Source: an uncultured bacterium
GTDB taxonomy: Bacteria; Babelota; Babeliae; Babelales; JACPOV01
Assembly (NCBI GenBank): GCA_963744715.1
Contig: CAVUUR010000006.1
Span: 128,001 to 192,000, forward strand
Direction: 5' to 3'
DNA length: 64,000 bases
This document shows, in pieces, positions 1 to 9,696 of this stretch (position 1 is its first letter; every line of letters starts with the position of its first letter). The notes under the pieces are model-generated. The model was not told where the DNA came from. It did not search any database and saw nothing but the letters and a program-made list of their open reading frames with translations. The translations under genes and the position numbers were made by a program.

Positions 1-3
1 CTG

Positions 4-33
4 TTGACATTCTCAAAAATGATTTTTTACAAT
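4..33 (+). promoter_or_regulatory. sigma70-type promoter (TTGACA-18 nt-TACAAT)
   Basis: Perfect -35 at 4-9 and near-consensus -10 at 28-33, upstream of the ORF at 75. Confidence 0.6.
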
Positions 34-74
34 AGCAACGAGTAGTTGTCGTAATATTTTTTTCAGAGTAGATT

Positions 75-1193
75 GTGATGATAAAAAAATTGCAGAGATA
101 TTCTTTTTTAAGCTTTTTATTCTTAGTAATGTCAGCACCTATCCATGCGGTTTCGTCCGATCATGTTGTTGCAACTATTAATGTCGGCGTAACGCCGGCT
201 GGGATTGGTATTACTCCCGATAATCGTTTTGCCTATGTTGCAAACAATAATAATTATAGCATTGCAGGGCAGGATAACGTTAGCGTATTAAATCTCATGG
301 ACAACACCTTACAACAAACTATCAATGATGCGAGTTTTAATGAACCATATACGGTAACCATTAATAAGGCCGGAACAAAGGCTTATGTAACCAATAGCAA
401 TAGCACAACCATAACTATTATTGATATACCAACTAATACCGTCAGCGGCATAATACCTGGTTTCGATGGCCCATCGGGTATGGTTATAACGCCCAATGGC
501 AACACCGCATACGTTAATAATTATGGCGGCCCCGGTGGCCTTGGTAGCGGTAATGGAACAACCGTACGTGTGGTTAATTTAACTACCAATACTATTGTTG
601 GCCCACCAATTACCGTCGGCCTCGCTCCCGCCGGATTAGCAATATCGCCCGATGGGGCATTCGTTTATGTTATTAATTACGTTACAGGAAATCCTGTCAG
701 TGGCACCATCAGCGTTATACAAACAAGTACTAATACCGTAGTTAATACCATCCCGGGTTTTTCTGGGCCATTTGCCATCGCGATAACACCCAATGGCAAG
801 TATGCGTATGTAACTAATTTTGGTAGCAACAATTTTGCACCTTTTGGTACCAGCATAAGTGTTGTAAATTTAACAAGTAATACCATAATTGCAGCTATTA
901 ACGTTGGCATACAACCATCCGGTATCGCCATAACACCAGATGGCCGTTACGCCTACGTAACTAATTATAATACGTTGTATGCCGGTTCTGGATTTACTAA
1001 TTTAACCGCCGGCCAAGGAACGGTTAATATTATTGATATTGAAACCAATACCGTAATTCCTCCCATAATTGCTGTTGGGGAATCTCCCGCGAACATTGCA
1101 ATATCCTCAAATGGTAAATTCGCGTATGTTTCTAATTATACTTCTAATACGGTAACGGTTCTTAATATTCTCGAGAGAATGTGGCTTAAATAA
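75..1193 (+). CDS. secreted YVTN/YncE-type beta-propeller protein
   Basis: Signal peptide; about 7 repeats of P.GIAITPDG..AYVTN. Confidence 0.9.
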   Translation: MMIKKLQRYSFLSFLFLVMSAPIHAVSSDHVVATINVGVTPAGIGITPDNRFAYVANNNNYSIAGQDNVSVLNLMDNTLQQTINDASFNEPYTVTINKAGTKAYVTNSNSTTITIIDIPTNTVSGIIPGFDGPSGMVITPNGNTAYVNNYGGPGGLGSGNGTTVRVVNLTTNTIVGPPITVGLAPAGLAISPDGAFVYVINYVTGNPVSGTISVIQTSTNTVVNTIPGFSGPFAIAITPNGKYAYVTNFGSNNFAPFGTSISVVNLTSNTIIAAINVGIQPSGIAITPDGRYAYVTNYNTLYAGSGFTNLTAGQGTVNIIDIETNTVIPPIIAVGESPANIAISSNGKFAYVSNYTSNTVTVLNILERMWLK

Positions 1194-1218
1194 TGGTAAT
1201 GAAAAAAAGTAGTAACCT

Positions 1219-1797
1219 ATGAAGAAAATTATAATTCTTATTTTTTTTATATCACTGATGTTATCGACCCATACATGGTGTGATACTGCAACAATGCGAT
1301 CGTGTTTTACCGGTGCACTTTCTGCCGGATATGTTTTTAAACACAGTGACCATAATTTTAAAAAAGTATATGGTCGCGGTATGGGCAATGTATTAACGGC
1401 TGACATTTGTTATTATCCTTGGCAATCATGGGGAATTGGTGGAAAAATAAGTTATTGGCTAGCACCAGGACGAACAACATTTTTCAAAAGACACACCTTT
1501 TTACAGGAGATACCGGTTACTTTTTATGTGCGCAAGATGATCGATTTCTGCAGCGGATTGCAACTGTATGCTTCACTCGGCGGTGGATTTACCTGGATTA
1601 GAGAGCACAGTTATCTTGGACGCGTGCAACAATGTAGAGGCGTTGGCGAAGTTGAAATTGGTTTACATTATCCCGTTTGGTGCCGCCTTGATTTTACCAG
1701 CGCATTTCGCTATCTGTTTCCGCGACAATCACAACGCCATGCAAAAGCAGACGTTGGTGGATTTGATCTAAGAACCGGTCTTGGATTCTCATTCTAA
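1219..1797 (+). CDS. outer membrane beta-barrel protein
   Basis: Signal peptide, alternating beta-strand pattern, C-terminal GLGFSF. Confidence 0.7.
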   Translation: MKKIIILIFFISLMLSTHTWCDTATMRSCFTGALSAGYVFKHSDHNFKKVYGRGMGNVLTADICYYPWQSWGIGGKISYWLAPGRTTFFKRHTFLQEIPVTFYVRKMIDFCSGLQLYASLGGGFTWIREHSYLGRVQQCRGVGEVEIGLHYPVWCRLDFTSAFRYLFPRQSQRHAKADVGGFDLRTGLGFSF

Positions 1798-1807
1798 AAT
1801 TATTTTT

Positions 1808-2386
1808 TCAATCAAACTTATAACCGTTTTTACCGTGTTGATATCCTGTGTCAGTCTTTACAATAATTCCTTGTTCAATAAGTGCCTTATCATCTTCTTC
1901 ATAAAATAAATTAATTTCTGGCTTATTTTTAAAGCTCCTTACACAACATTCTAATTGTCCTTCAAAAGTACCACACTGGTTCTGAATTTTCTGGTTACAG
2001 GTTAGAATAATTTGTTTCTCTTTTTGTTTGGCCAATATAAAAGTTAGTTGATCACCATCTTTTTTTCCACGTAATGTACTCAATGGTAATACTTCGGGAA
2101 ACTCTATAAGCCCAGGCAAATAAAGAAGATTTCTTGAATAACCTTGTCCCTTAAATGCACGCACACTGACAAGCGGATCAGCTGCCTGCATCTCTAAATC
2201 AATCACTTTTTGAATATCTTTTTGAACTAATGGCGAGTAGAAAATATCATGAGGATGAATAACTAAAACTCCCGTGATAACTTCCAGTGGATCTGATTTT
2301 TTTTCAACCGATTGCCCAACATTATTATTATCCATGGCAACGCACATGGTTGTTGCAAACAATACGATTCCTATAATTTTTTTCAT
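1808..2386 (-). CDS. secreted hypothetical protein, tandem paralog of 2588-3235
   Basis: Signal peptide ending CVA-MD; shares DPLVS.RAF, LYLPG..EFPE.LPLS and YQHG.NGYKFD with its neighbour. Confidence 0.75.
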   Translation of the reverse strand: MKKIIGIVLFATTMCVAMDNNNVGQSVEKKSDPLEVITGVLVIHPHDIFYSPLVQKDIQKVIDLEMQAADPLVSVRAFKGQGYSRNLLYLPGLIEFPEVLPLSTLRGKKDGDQLTFILAKQKEKQIILTCNQKIQNQCGTFEGQLECCVRSFKNKPEINLFYEEDDKALIEQGIIVKTDTGYQHGKNGYKFD

Positions 2387-2587
2387 GTATACTCCTTATT
2401 AAATGTAGGTATATTTATCATGTACTTAATCCAACGCGCTCAGAAGTATAATCGATTTTTATGCGGAGCTCAAAGATTTTATTAAATTTTTTATCTACGA
2501 ACTTACACGGATAATAAGAATATCTTTGAGAGCCGCTCTTTTTTTTGAAGATTAAATGCTGTGAAAAAACTTTCTTGAAAAGCTTCT

Positions 2588-3229
2588 TTAATCAAATTTA
2601 TAGCCATTAGGACCGTGTTGATATCCTTCGCCACACTTTACAATAATTCCTTGTGCAACGAGGTCTTCTTCATCGAATAGATGAAAATTTGGCTTCTTTT
2701 TAAAGACTGTTATACAATATGCCAATTGCGCTTCAAAACTGTCAGCCCCATATAGATGAGTATGTGGTGGTATACAGCTTGTTTTGCAATATGCTAATGA
2801 CTCTTCAACAGCTGACTTCTTCTGAATTTTTTGATTACAGGTCAGAATAATTTGCTTCTCTTTTTGCTTGGCCAATATAAAAGTCAGTTCGCCACCATCT
2901 TTTTTGTCACGTAACTTACTCAATGGTAACATTTCAGGAAACTCCGCAAACCCTGGCAAGTAAAGAGGGCTTTTCGAAGAACCATCTCCCTCAAATGCAC
3001 GTATACTGACCAGTGGATCTGATGCCTTCATTTCCATATTAAGTGCTTTTTTAATACCTTTCTGAGCAAATGGTGAATATCTAATTCCCTCAAGCGTTTG
3101 AATGACTAAAGTTCCTCTGATAACTTCCAGTGGATCTGATTTTTTTTCAATCAGTTGTTCAACGTTATTATTATCCATAGCAACACACAGGGTTGTTGAA
3201 AACAATACGATTCCTATAATTTTTTTCAT
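2588..3229 (-). CDS. secreted hypothetical protein, tandem paralog of 1808-2386
   Basis: Same motifs plus an insertion of about 22 aa; AGGAG RBS; upstream region also duplicated. Confidence 0.75.
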   Translation of the reverse strand: MKKIIGIVLFSTTLCVAMDNNNVEQLIEKKSDPLEVIRGTLVIQTLEGIRYSPFAQKGIKKALNMEMKASDPLVSIRAFEGDGSSKSPLYLPGFAEFPEMLPLSKLRDKKDGGELTFILAKQKEKQIILTCNQKIQKKSAVEESLAYCKTSCIPPHTHLYGADSFEAQLAYCITVFKKKPNFHLFDEEDLVAQGIIVKCGEGYQHGPNGYKFD

Positions 3230-3438
3230 GGACACTCCTTTTACCTCTACCTAGTTTATTATTTGCTGAAGATAGTTCATTTCAGTAACTATAATCAAAT
3301 TTTTTGATGAACTCAAAGCTTTCATTAAATTTATTATCCTGCTCACACGATAATAAGAACAAATTTTTTACATTAATTTATTATAATATATTTGTTATAT
3401 TTTATAGTACTTTTTGCACACTTTTAAAGTGAGATTTT

Positions 3439-3772
3439 ATGGGCTGGAAAATAGAATTTTATGATAATAAAGTTATGGACATTATTCAAGATTGGCCTGC
3501 CCGTATTAAAGCTAAATTTGTGCGCATAATTGAACTCATTAAAAAAGTTGGTCCAAATGAAGTTGGCATACCCCCATATCAAACCATTAGGACATGGTCT
3601 TTTTGAGATTAGAGCAAAGAGTGATGAAGGTATTGGACGAGCATTTTTTTGTATGATAAAAGGACAAGTTATTATAATTCTTAACGGATTTATAAAGAAA
3701 ACACAAAAAACTCCTTTTGGAGAAATTGAATTGGCAAAAAAGAGAATGCTGGAGGTAAAAGACAATGGCTAA
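3439..3772 (+). pseudogene. RelE/ParE (Gp49/HigB-like) toxin, frameshifted
   Basis: MGWKIEFYD... from ATG 3439 joins HIKPLGHGLFEIRAK...LNGFIKKTQKTP after one extra C in the C5 run at 3571-3575. Confidence 0.8.
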
Positions 3773-4065
3773 AAGATCTGATTTTGAAACATTTAAAAAA
3801 ACAGCTATGCAGGATAAAGAGTTTAAGACTGAGTATGAATTACTGTAGTCAGAATTTGAACTCATACAAAAATTTATTGAAGCCAGAAAAAAGGCGCGTT
3901 ACTCACAATCGGAAATTAGCGCAAAGACTCAAGCTTCAACAGCCGGCTATTGCTCGTTTAGAAAAAGGGGGCTATACCAGAACCTCGGTTGCTAAATTAT
4001 CGAGAATTGCTGATGCGTTAGGGTATTCAATAAAAATTTCATTGGCCCCTAAAAAACAAAAATAA
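3765..4065 (+). pseudogene. HTH Xre/HigA-like antitoxin, disrupted
   Basis: MAKRSDFETFKK...EYELL, in-frame TAG at 3846-3848, then ARKKARYSQ, a frameshift near 3914, then ELAQRLKLQQPAIARLEKG (HTH). Confidence 0.8.
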
Positions 4066-4091
4066 GATAAAGTAGAACCGATAGAAATCTA

Positions 4092-4937
4092 TTAATACAA
4101 CCATTTCTTAAATGCATTTTTTGTCCAACGGTAGCCTTCGATCCAACTATAATTTGCACGGATCATAGTTTGTGCTGAAGCTAATGTTCCGGGATCTGTT
4201 ACTTTACTCGTTAACTTCACCACCGCATTTAATAGTGCCTCCGAAGAACTTTTTTGATACGCAATGGCTGCAGTACCGGCGGCAATCGTTGCCACACCAA
4301 TAATTTTTCCAATAGTACCAACGCCGCGTAATGAATCTACAATATTTTGTTGTATATTTTTAAGAGTTGGTTGATCACTCGCTGCCGTCAGTGACGTTAA
4401 CACCACCGCAGAACACATCGATAACAACATTGCCTGATTTGCTGAGGGATCCATGCTCCATGCATAAAAACCCATACCCGCAGCGGCTAAGGTAGTAAGC
4501 ACCGTTTGTGCAAGTTCTCGTGATTCATTACCGCGAGCCAACGCAATTGCTTGTTGTGCAACTTCTTCACCCACTGCATACGTAACACCGGACCCAATAT
4601 TTTCTAATGCCAAATACGTAACTGCTTGCAAACTATCGATGGTAATAAATGATGATAAACAACGTAAAGAATTGCTTTGACAATCAAGCGTTAATACTAC
4701 AGCAGCTTCCATACCAAAAATAACCAGCGTCGGTTTATTTAGTTTACTAATAACATTATAAATACCAAAGTTAATAACGGCCGGACCGTGAGTGAGTGCA
4801 AGAGTACTTACATTTTGTGCACTCGTGGTAACGCATTCCACAATTGGTTCACTCAATTGAGTAATATTCATGGAATAACTGAGATTTGTGCTCATTAACA
4901 CAATGATAAGAAGAAATTTTCTGATGCCCATTGCCAC
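4092..4937 (-). CDS. secreted/membrane hypothetical protein
   Basis: Signal peptide (YS-MN) and several Ala/Gly-rich hydrophobic segments. Confidence 0.65.
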   Translation of the reverse strand: MAMGIRKFLLIIVLMSTNLSYSMNITQLSEPIVECVTTSAQNVSTLALTHGPAVINFGIYNVISKLNKPTLVIFGMEAAVVLTLDCQSNSLRCLSSFITIDSLQAVTYLALENIGSGVTYAVGEEVAQQAIALARGNESRELAQTVLTTLAAAGMGFYAWSMDPSANQAMLLSMCSAVVLTSLTAASDQPTLKNIQQNIVDSLRGVGTIGKIIGVATIAAGTAAIAYQKSSSEALLNAVVKLTSKVTDPGTLASAQTMIRANYSWIEGYRWTKNAFKKWLY

Positions 4938-5160
4938 ACTTCCTATTTTTTATCTATTATTTCTAGTAGTTATTATTATACAGTAAATACCGCATAAATG
5001 GCAATACTATTATATTAGTATAGTGCGCACCTTTGATAACTGAAAACGGTTAACTAAAAAATCAGAAATAATGGTTTGTAAAATGAAAAGGTTGATAATG
5101 AAGCTAAAAAAAAATTAAGGAAATTTTTTTGGTAGATTTATTCTTTAAAATGTTCAATTT

Positions 5161-5505
5161 TTAGTTTTTAATCATATCTTCTTGTTTTACATAGTACCAA
5201 GATACATTAAAACTACCCGTTTGCTCCACCGCCTGCACAAGTTTAGTAACGTCATTGTTGGTTTGGACAGAATAATAACCGTCAACGTTATTCAATAAAT
5301 CAACTTTAGCGATCAATAATTTATCATTGCCTAGTGTTGACACGTCAGGTTTTGGATCATTTTGCGAATAAGTAGGTACGTGAAATTCTGTAAGTTTAGT
5401 TGCTATTTGTTCTATTTTTGCAGTATTAAGCTTTTTTATTCCACCAAGTATAGTCAGAGGTAAAGAACTTATGCATAGTACTAATAAAAAAATAACATTC
5501 TTCAT
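5161..5505 (-). CDS. small secreted hypothetical protein, tandem paralog
   Basis: Signal peptide, AGGAG RBS; shares IATKLTEFHVPTYSQNDPKPDVSTL with 5623-6015. Confidence 0.75.
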   Translation of the reverse strand: MKNVIFLLVLCISSLPLTILGGIKKLNTAKIEQIATKLTEFHVPTYSQNDPKPDVSTLGNDKLLIAKVDLLNNVDGYYSVQTNNDVTKLVQAVEQTGSFNVSWYYVKQEDMIKN

Positions 5506-5622
5506 AAGTCTCCTAAAATGTAGATACCTTTGTGTAACTCAGTGCATAGTACTAAAAAATAGCAGGCGGGACAATCGGTTACTTCGGAAAATGAGATTAT
5601 ACAAGATTAATATATTTTAACG

Positions 5623-6015
5623 TTATTTAATTGCTAACTTCTCCATTGAAGGTATATCATCTCGTTGCACATAATACCAAGATACATTCCAACTACCATC
5701 AACAACCACTTCCACAAGCGAACCAAAAAGCGCAACCCCTCCCACAATCTTATTAACGTCATCGTTAGTTTGGAAAGAATAATAACGGCAAGAATCAGAT
5801 AAATTCGTTTTAGCAATCAGTAGTTTATCATCACCTAGCTGTAACGTTGACACGTCTGGTTTTGGATCATTTTGCGAATAAGTAGGTACGTGAAATTCTG
5901 TAAGTTTAGTTGCTATTTCTTGTATGCGCTCAACGCTAAGCTTTGTTATTACACCACATACTGCAAGAGGTAAAAAATTTGCGCATACTACTAATAAAAA
6001 AATAGCGTTCTTCAT
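5623..6015 (-). CDS. small secreted hypothetical protein, tandem paralog
   Basis: Paralog of 5161-5505; duplicated upstream region. Confidence 0.75.
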   Translation of the reverse strand: MKNAIFLLVVCANFLPLAVCGVITKLSVERIQEIATKLTEFHVPTYSQNDPKPDVSTLQLGDDKLLIAKTNLSDSCRYYSFQTNDDVNKIVGGVALFGSLVEVVVDGSWNVSWYYVQRDDIPSMEKLAIK

Positions 6016-6132
6016 GAGTCTCCTACAATATAGATATGCCTACATACACTCAATGCATAGTATCAAAAAATAGCCACGATGAAAATATTTTTTTAGCATG
6101 GACTAGATTTATTAATCAGCTAATTGATCATC

Positions 6133-6590
6133 CTAGTTCTTCATACCAAGATAGTGAAGAATTGTATGCGCTGCCTTACGGTATGCATCAACGTGTGGAT
6201 CACCTTCCCTTTCACGAAGCTTCTGCGTATAATCATCAATATTTTCACCAGGTTGACATTTTTCTTCAAATTCTTCTTTAACTTTACCTGCTTGCACAAC
6301 CGTATGCAAGTGGGCAGCTTGTCTTTAGTTTTTTCCGCATAATCTAAAGGAGTTTTGCCATGCTGATCCCGAGCCTTAACGCTATTGTTGCAAAAAATTA
6401 AAAAAGCCGCGCGATAAGCTCGACCTAAATCATATGGATCGTTGGCATCTAATACTAAGATGGGGTCTAAAGGTTGCCAATCGGGAGGATTCCCAATATG
6501 AATATCTCCAATTTTATTGCTTATATCTTCCTCCATACTTTTCACAATACATGGAATCAGAAACAATGAAATAATAATTATTTTTTTCAT
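6133..6590 (-). pseudogene. secreted ankyrin-like protein, frameshifted paralog of 8475-8951
   Basis: RDQHGKTPLDYA ankyrin motif; after a 1-nt shift near 6311 it continues LHTVVQAGKVKEEFE, matching the paralog's VHEVLQAGKVKEEFE, to TAG at 6133-6135. Confidence 0.7.
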
Positions 6591-6787
6591 ACAATAATTC
6601 CCTTAATATAACCTAACATACATTATTGGGCACTTTACTATTCTCATTACAAACAATCAAGCCTATTGGTTTTTTTAATTCTTAGTAGGCCGTTGCTTTT
6701 TATGTAAAGTTAGGCATAATTACAATATATTATTCAATTATTTATTATTTTAAATAGTAAATCAGCTGTTTATGGGGGTTAAAAAGC

Positions 6788-8389
6788 ATGAAATTATATG
6801 AAAAAAGTAAAATAAAGAGCATTGTACTACTGTTTTTGATAGGAAATGCTTATGCGTATTCTTATCCAAAACCTTTTGGTTCTGGCAATACCTTATGGCG
6901 TTCACGCGATATTCCAGCTGCCAAAGTGGCATATGCACTTTCCGGTATTTCACTGCGGTTTCCCTCTCTTTTTTCTCGTACACCTGAAAGCATGCTCTTT
7001 TTTCTTTCGCAATTGAAAGCAAAAAAAATATTTTGGCATACCTATAATGCGGTTCCCGCCTATAAAGATTTTATTAACAATAACTGTCCCCATGGCCTGC
7101 CGGATTCGCTTGATGCTATACCGGTAATGAGCAAAGAAAATTATATTAAGAAATATGATATTGCCCAAACATTGCTTTGGGGCAAATTTCCTCTGCAAGG
7201 ACAAATTGATACTTCTACCGGTACCAGCGGAAAACCCACTAAATGGATACGCGGTCATCAAGAAATGGAAAATGTAAAATCATGGATTAACATAGCAAGT
7301 AAAGTAGCATTGGGTAACAAACCGTATATTTTTTGTAACATGTTTGCATTGGGCCCATGGGCAACGGGCATGACCTCTGCGTACGCACTTACGGGCAATC
7401 AGTTGATAGTATCGCTTGGTCCCGACATCGATAAATTATATGATACCCTCAAAGATATCGGTCCAGAACATCGCTACGTGATAGCAGGGTACCCACCACA
7501 CATGAAAAAATTTGTAGAAAGTGCACCTTTTGATTTGAAGAAGTACGATATTACGATAGTGGTTGGCGGTGAGGCAATGTCTGAAAATGTATACAACAGT
7601 ATTATAAAGAGTGGCATTAAACAAGTATATTCTTCATACGGAGCAAGTGATCTACGTATTAATATTGGGCAACAAACAGAGTTCGAACAAAAACTACAAC
7701 TGCTCTGTAAGGAAAACTCTGCATTTAAAAAAGAACTGTTAGGGTCTCTTGAGGGTACGCCACTCTTTTTCCATTTCAATCCGTTGCTTGATTATATAGA
7801 AGAAACACAGGATGGTACTTTATTATTTACTGACCTTGATGAAACACGAGTATCCCCACGTATGCGTTATGATCTTGGCGATAAAGGAAAAAGGCTCAAA
7901 ATAAGTACCGTTAAAAATCTTCTTAAAAAATACGGCTATCAGCTAGAACCACAAACTAATTTACCTATTTTATGTTTATACGGTCGCGGAGATGATGCAC
8001 TAACGTTCAATGGCGCTAATCTAATGTATGATGACCTTGAGCGCGCACTGGTGAAAATACCCGGTTTATATCAAAAGATAAATCGTTATGCCTATAATAA
8101 ATTTGAAAACAAAAATCTTGATCAACAACTTGAATTTTGGATTGAACTTAAAAAAAATGTATCGCTTGATGATCTTGGAATGGATCCAGAAACACTTAAT
8201 CAACGAATAATAACTGCTCTTGGTGAAGTCAATCAGGATTTTAAAGCTCAGATTGAGTATATTCAACACAATAAGGATTCTAATTTACCGCTGCCTTCTA
8301 CACTTGCATACGAGCATGACAAATCTCCTATGGTAGAACAAGGCGCGCACCATAAAAATAAATATGTATATAACGTTGTGCTCAAATAA
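6788..8389 (+). CDS. phenylacetate-CoA ligase (PaaK)-like adenylate-forming enzyme with a putative signal peptide
   Basis: TSTGTSGKP P-loop, GGE, YGASD, RYDLGD and GR.DD.L..NGAN motifs. Confidence 0.85.
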   Translation: MKLYEKSKIKSIVLLFLIGNAYAYSYPKPFGSGNTLWRSRDIPAAKVAYALSGISLRFPSLFSRTPESMLFFLSQLKAKKIFWHTYNAVPAYKDFINNNCPHGLPDSLDAIPVMSKENYIKKYDIAQTLLWGKFPLQGQIDTSTGTSGKPTKWIRGHQEMENVKSWINIASKVALGNKPYIFCNMFALGPWATGMTSAYALTGNQLIVSLGPDIDKLYDTLKDIGPEHRYVIAGYPPHMKKFVESAPFDLKKYDITIVVGGEAMSENVYNSIIKSGIKQVYSSYGASDLRINIGQQTEFEQKLQLLCKENSAFKKELLGSLEGTPLFFHFNPLLDYIEETQDGTLLFTDLDETRVSPRMRYDLGDKGKRLKISTVKNLLKKYGYQLEPQTNLPILCLYGRGDDALTFNGANLMYDDLERALVKIPGLYQKINRYAYNKFENKNLDQQLEFWIELKKNVSLDDLGMDPETLNQRIITALGEVNQDFKAQIEYIQHNKDSNLPLPSTLAYEHDKSPMVEQGAHHKNKYVYNVVLK

Positions 8390-8423
8390 CAACTTGTCGG
8401 AATATAAGTAGTTTTGCAAAACA

Positions 8424-8450
8424 AAACCCTCGATTTAGAGTCGAGGGGTT
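8424..8450. terminator. hairpin terminator between convergent genes
   Basis: ccctcga-tttagag-tcgaggg stem. Confidence 0.6.
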
Positions 8451-8474
8451 CCGAATATCTTATAGGATGATGTA

Positions 8475-8951
8475 TCATTCTTGTGACCGTAAATTTTTGG
8501 CAATCACTACCATTGCATTACACCATGCATCAACTTCTCCCTTTGGATAAACTTCCTGCATATAAACCGAACTATATATCCCATTTGGATCGGGCTTATA
8601 TTTTTGTTCAAATTCTTCCTTAACTTTGCCTGCTTGCAGAACTTCATGTACTTTAGGTAGTTTTTCTTTAGTTTCTTGCGCATAATCTAACGGCGTTTTA
8701 TCGGCCTTATCTTTAACATTAACACTAAGGCCATGTATAATTAACCAAGCGGCATCGGAGGCTTGATTTACATCAAAAGATACCAATTCTGAATCGTCAA
8801 CACCTGATAATATTGGTACAAGATGTAAAGGCGTCCTACCAAGAATATCCGTAGTATGAATATCTAAACTTTTTTTGCTAATATTTTCTTCCATGCTTTT
8901 TACAATACATGGAGTAATAAGAAGCAATGAAATAATAATTATCTTTTTCAT
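8475..8951 (-). CDS. secreted ankyrin repeat protein
   Basis: Signal peptide (KS-ME); GRTPLHL and KTPLDYA motifs. Confidence 0.8.
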   Translation of the reverse strand: MKKIIIISLLLITPCIVKSMEENISKKSLDIHTTDILGRTPLHLVPILSGVDDSELVSFDVNQASDAAWLIIHGLSVNVKDKADKTPLDYAQETKEKLPKVHEVLQAGKVKEEFEQKYKPDPNGIYSSVYMQEVYPKGEVDAWCNAMVVIAKNLRSQE

Positions 8952-9171
8952 ACAACAACTCTCCTGCTTAATATAACAATACTATGAATTCCTAGTACTT
9001 TACTCTTTACCATAAAAATATTCAAGCGTGTTTGGCTTTTTTTAATTTCCCAAAGAGCCAAAATTTGCCTTAATAAAGCCCTTTTTTTATTGATTTTACT
9101 CTCTTTTTTATGCTATTATTAAATTTGTATTACTAATTGTGCAATATAAGCCTTAAAAAGGGGAAAAAGCT

Positions 9172-9456
9172 ATGCACGTGAAATATTCTGTTTATATGTT
9201 TTTATTCCTACTATCATGCGACCTACTCGATGCTAGTTACATGAGTATTTGCAAAAACAAACAGCAATGCCAGGATTTAAAGAATTCGTGCCAATGTTAT
9301 TGTTCACGCAAATGTGGGCCCCGCGATAAAAAACCTGATGACAAACCAGTTTTTGTTGCTGATGATCCTCGCGGTTATCGTTGCTATTGTAAACAATGGG
9401 ATCTTGATCACGTTGACGAATGCAATCCAATACAGCCGCCTATTGACAACCAATAG
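9172..9456 (+). CDS. small Cys-rich exported protein
   Basis: AAGGGG RBS, hydrophobic N-terminus, 10 Cys including CQCYC and CYC. Confidence 0.65.
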   Translation: MHVKYSVYMFLFLLSCDLLDASYMSICKNKQQCQDLKNSCQCYCSRKCGPRDKKPDDKPVFVADDPRGYRCYCKQWDLDHVDECNPIQPPIDNQ

Positions 9457-9696
9457 TAATTATTGGTCGAGTTTCTCTATCAATACTTTTTTGTTCTTTT
9501 AGAATAGTAGTAATTATATTTTTGCCACCACATATTGTGCCATATCTTTTTTAGTACTCAACATATTTTCAAAAAAATATATCTACGTAGTTATCAAAAA
9601 AATAACCTTTTAATATACAAATTTTTATTGTATTATTCTTTCCGTTTACTATAGCAAACTTATTTTTATTATCTCTTTAACGCAGAAAATATCATT

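Noticed and set aside
677..931. Short antisense and overlapping ORFs in the track (e.g. 677-931, 6950-7261, 19386-19691, 43027-43299, 46971-47249)
   Set aside because: Shadows of well-supported genes, with no RBS or motifs
75..1193. DNA repeats in the first gene
   Set aside because: Explained by YVTN propeller blades
3846..3848. In-frame TAG as evidence of stop-codon recoding
   Set aside because: TAG terminates ordinary genes here (6133, 14294, rpsR) and the same gene also has a frameshift
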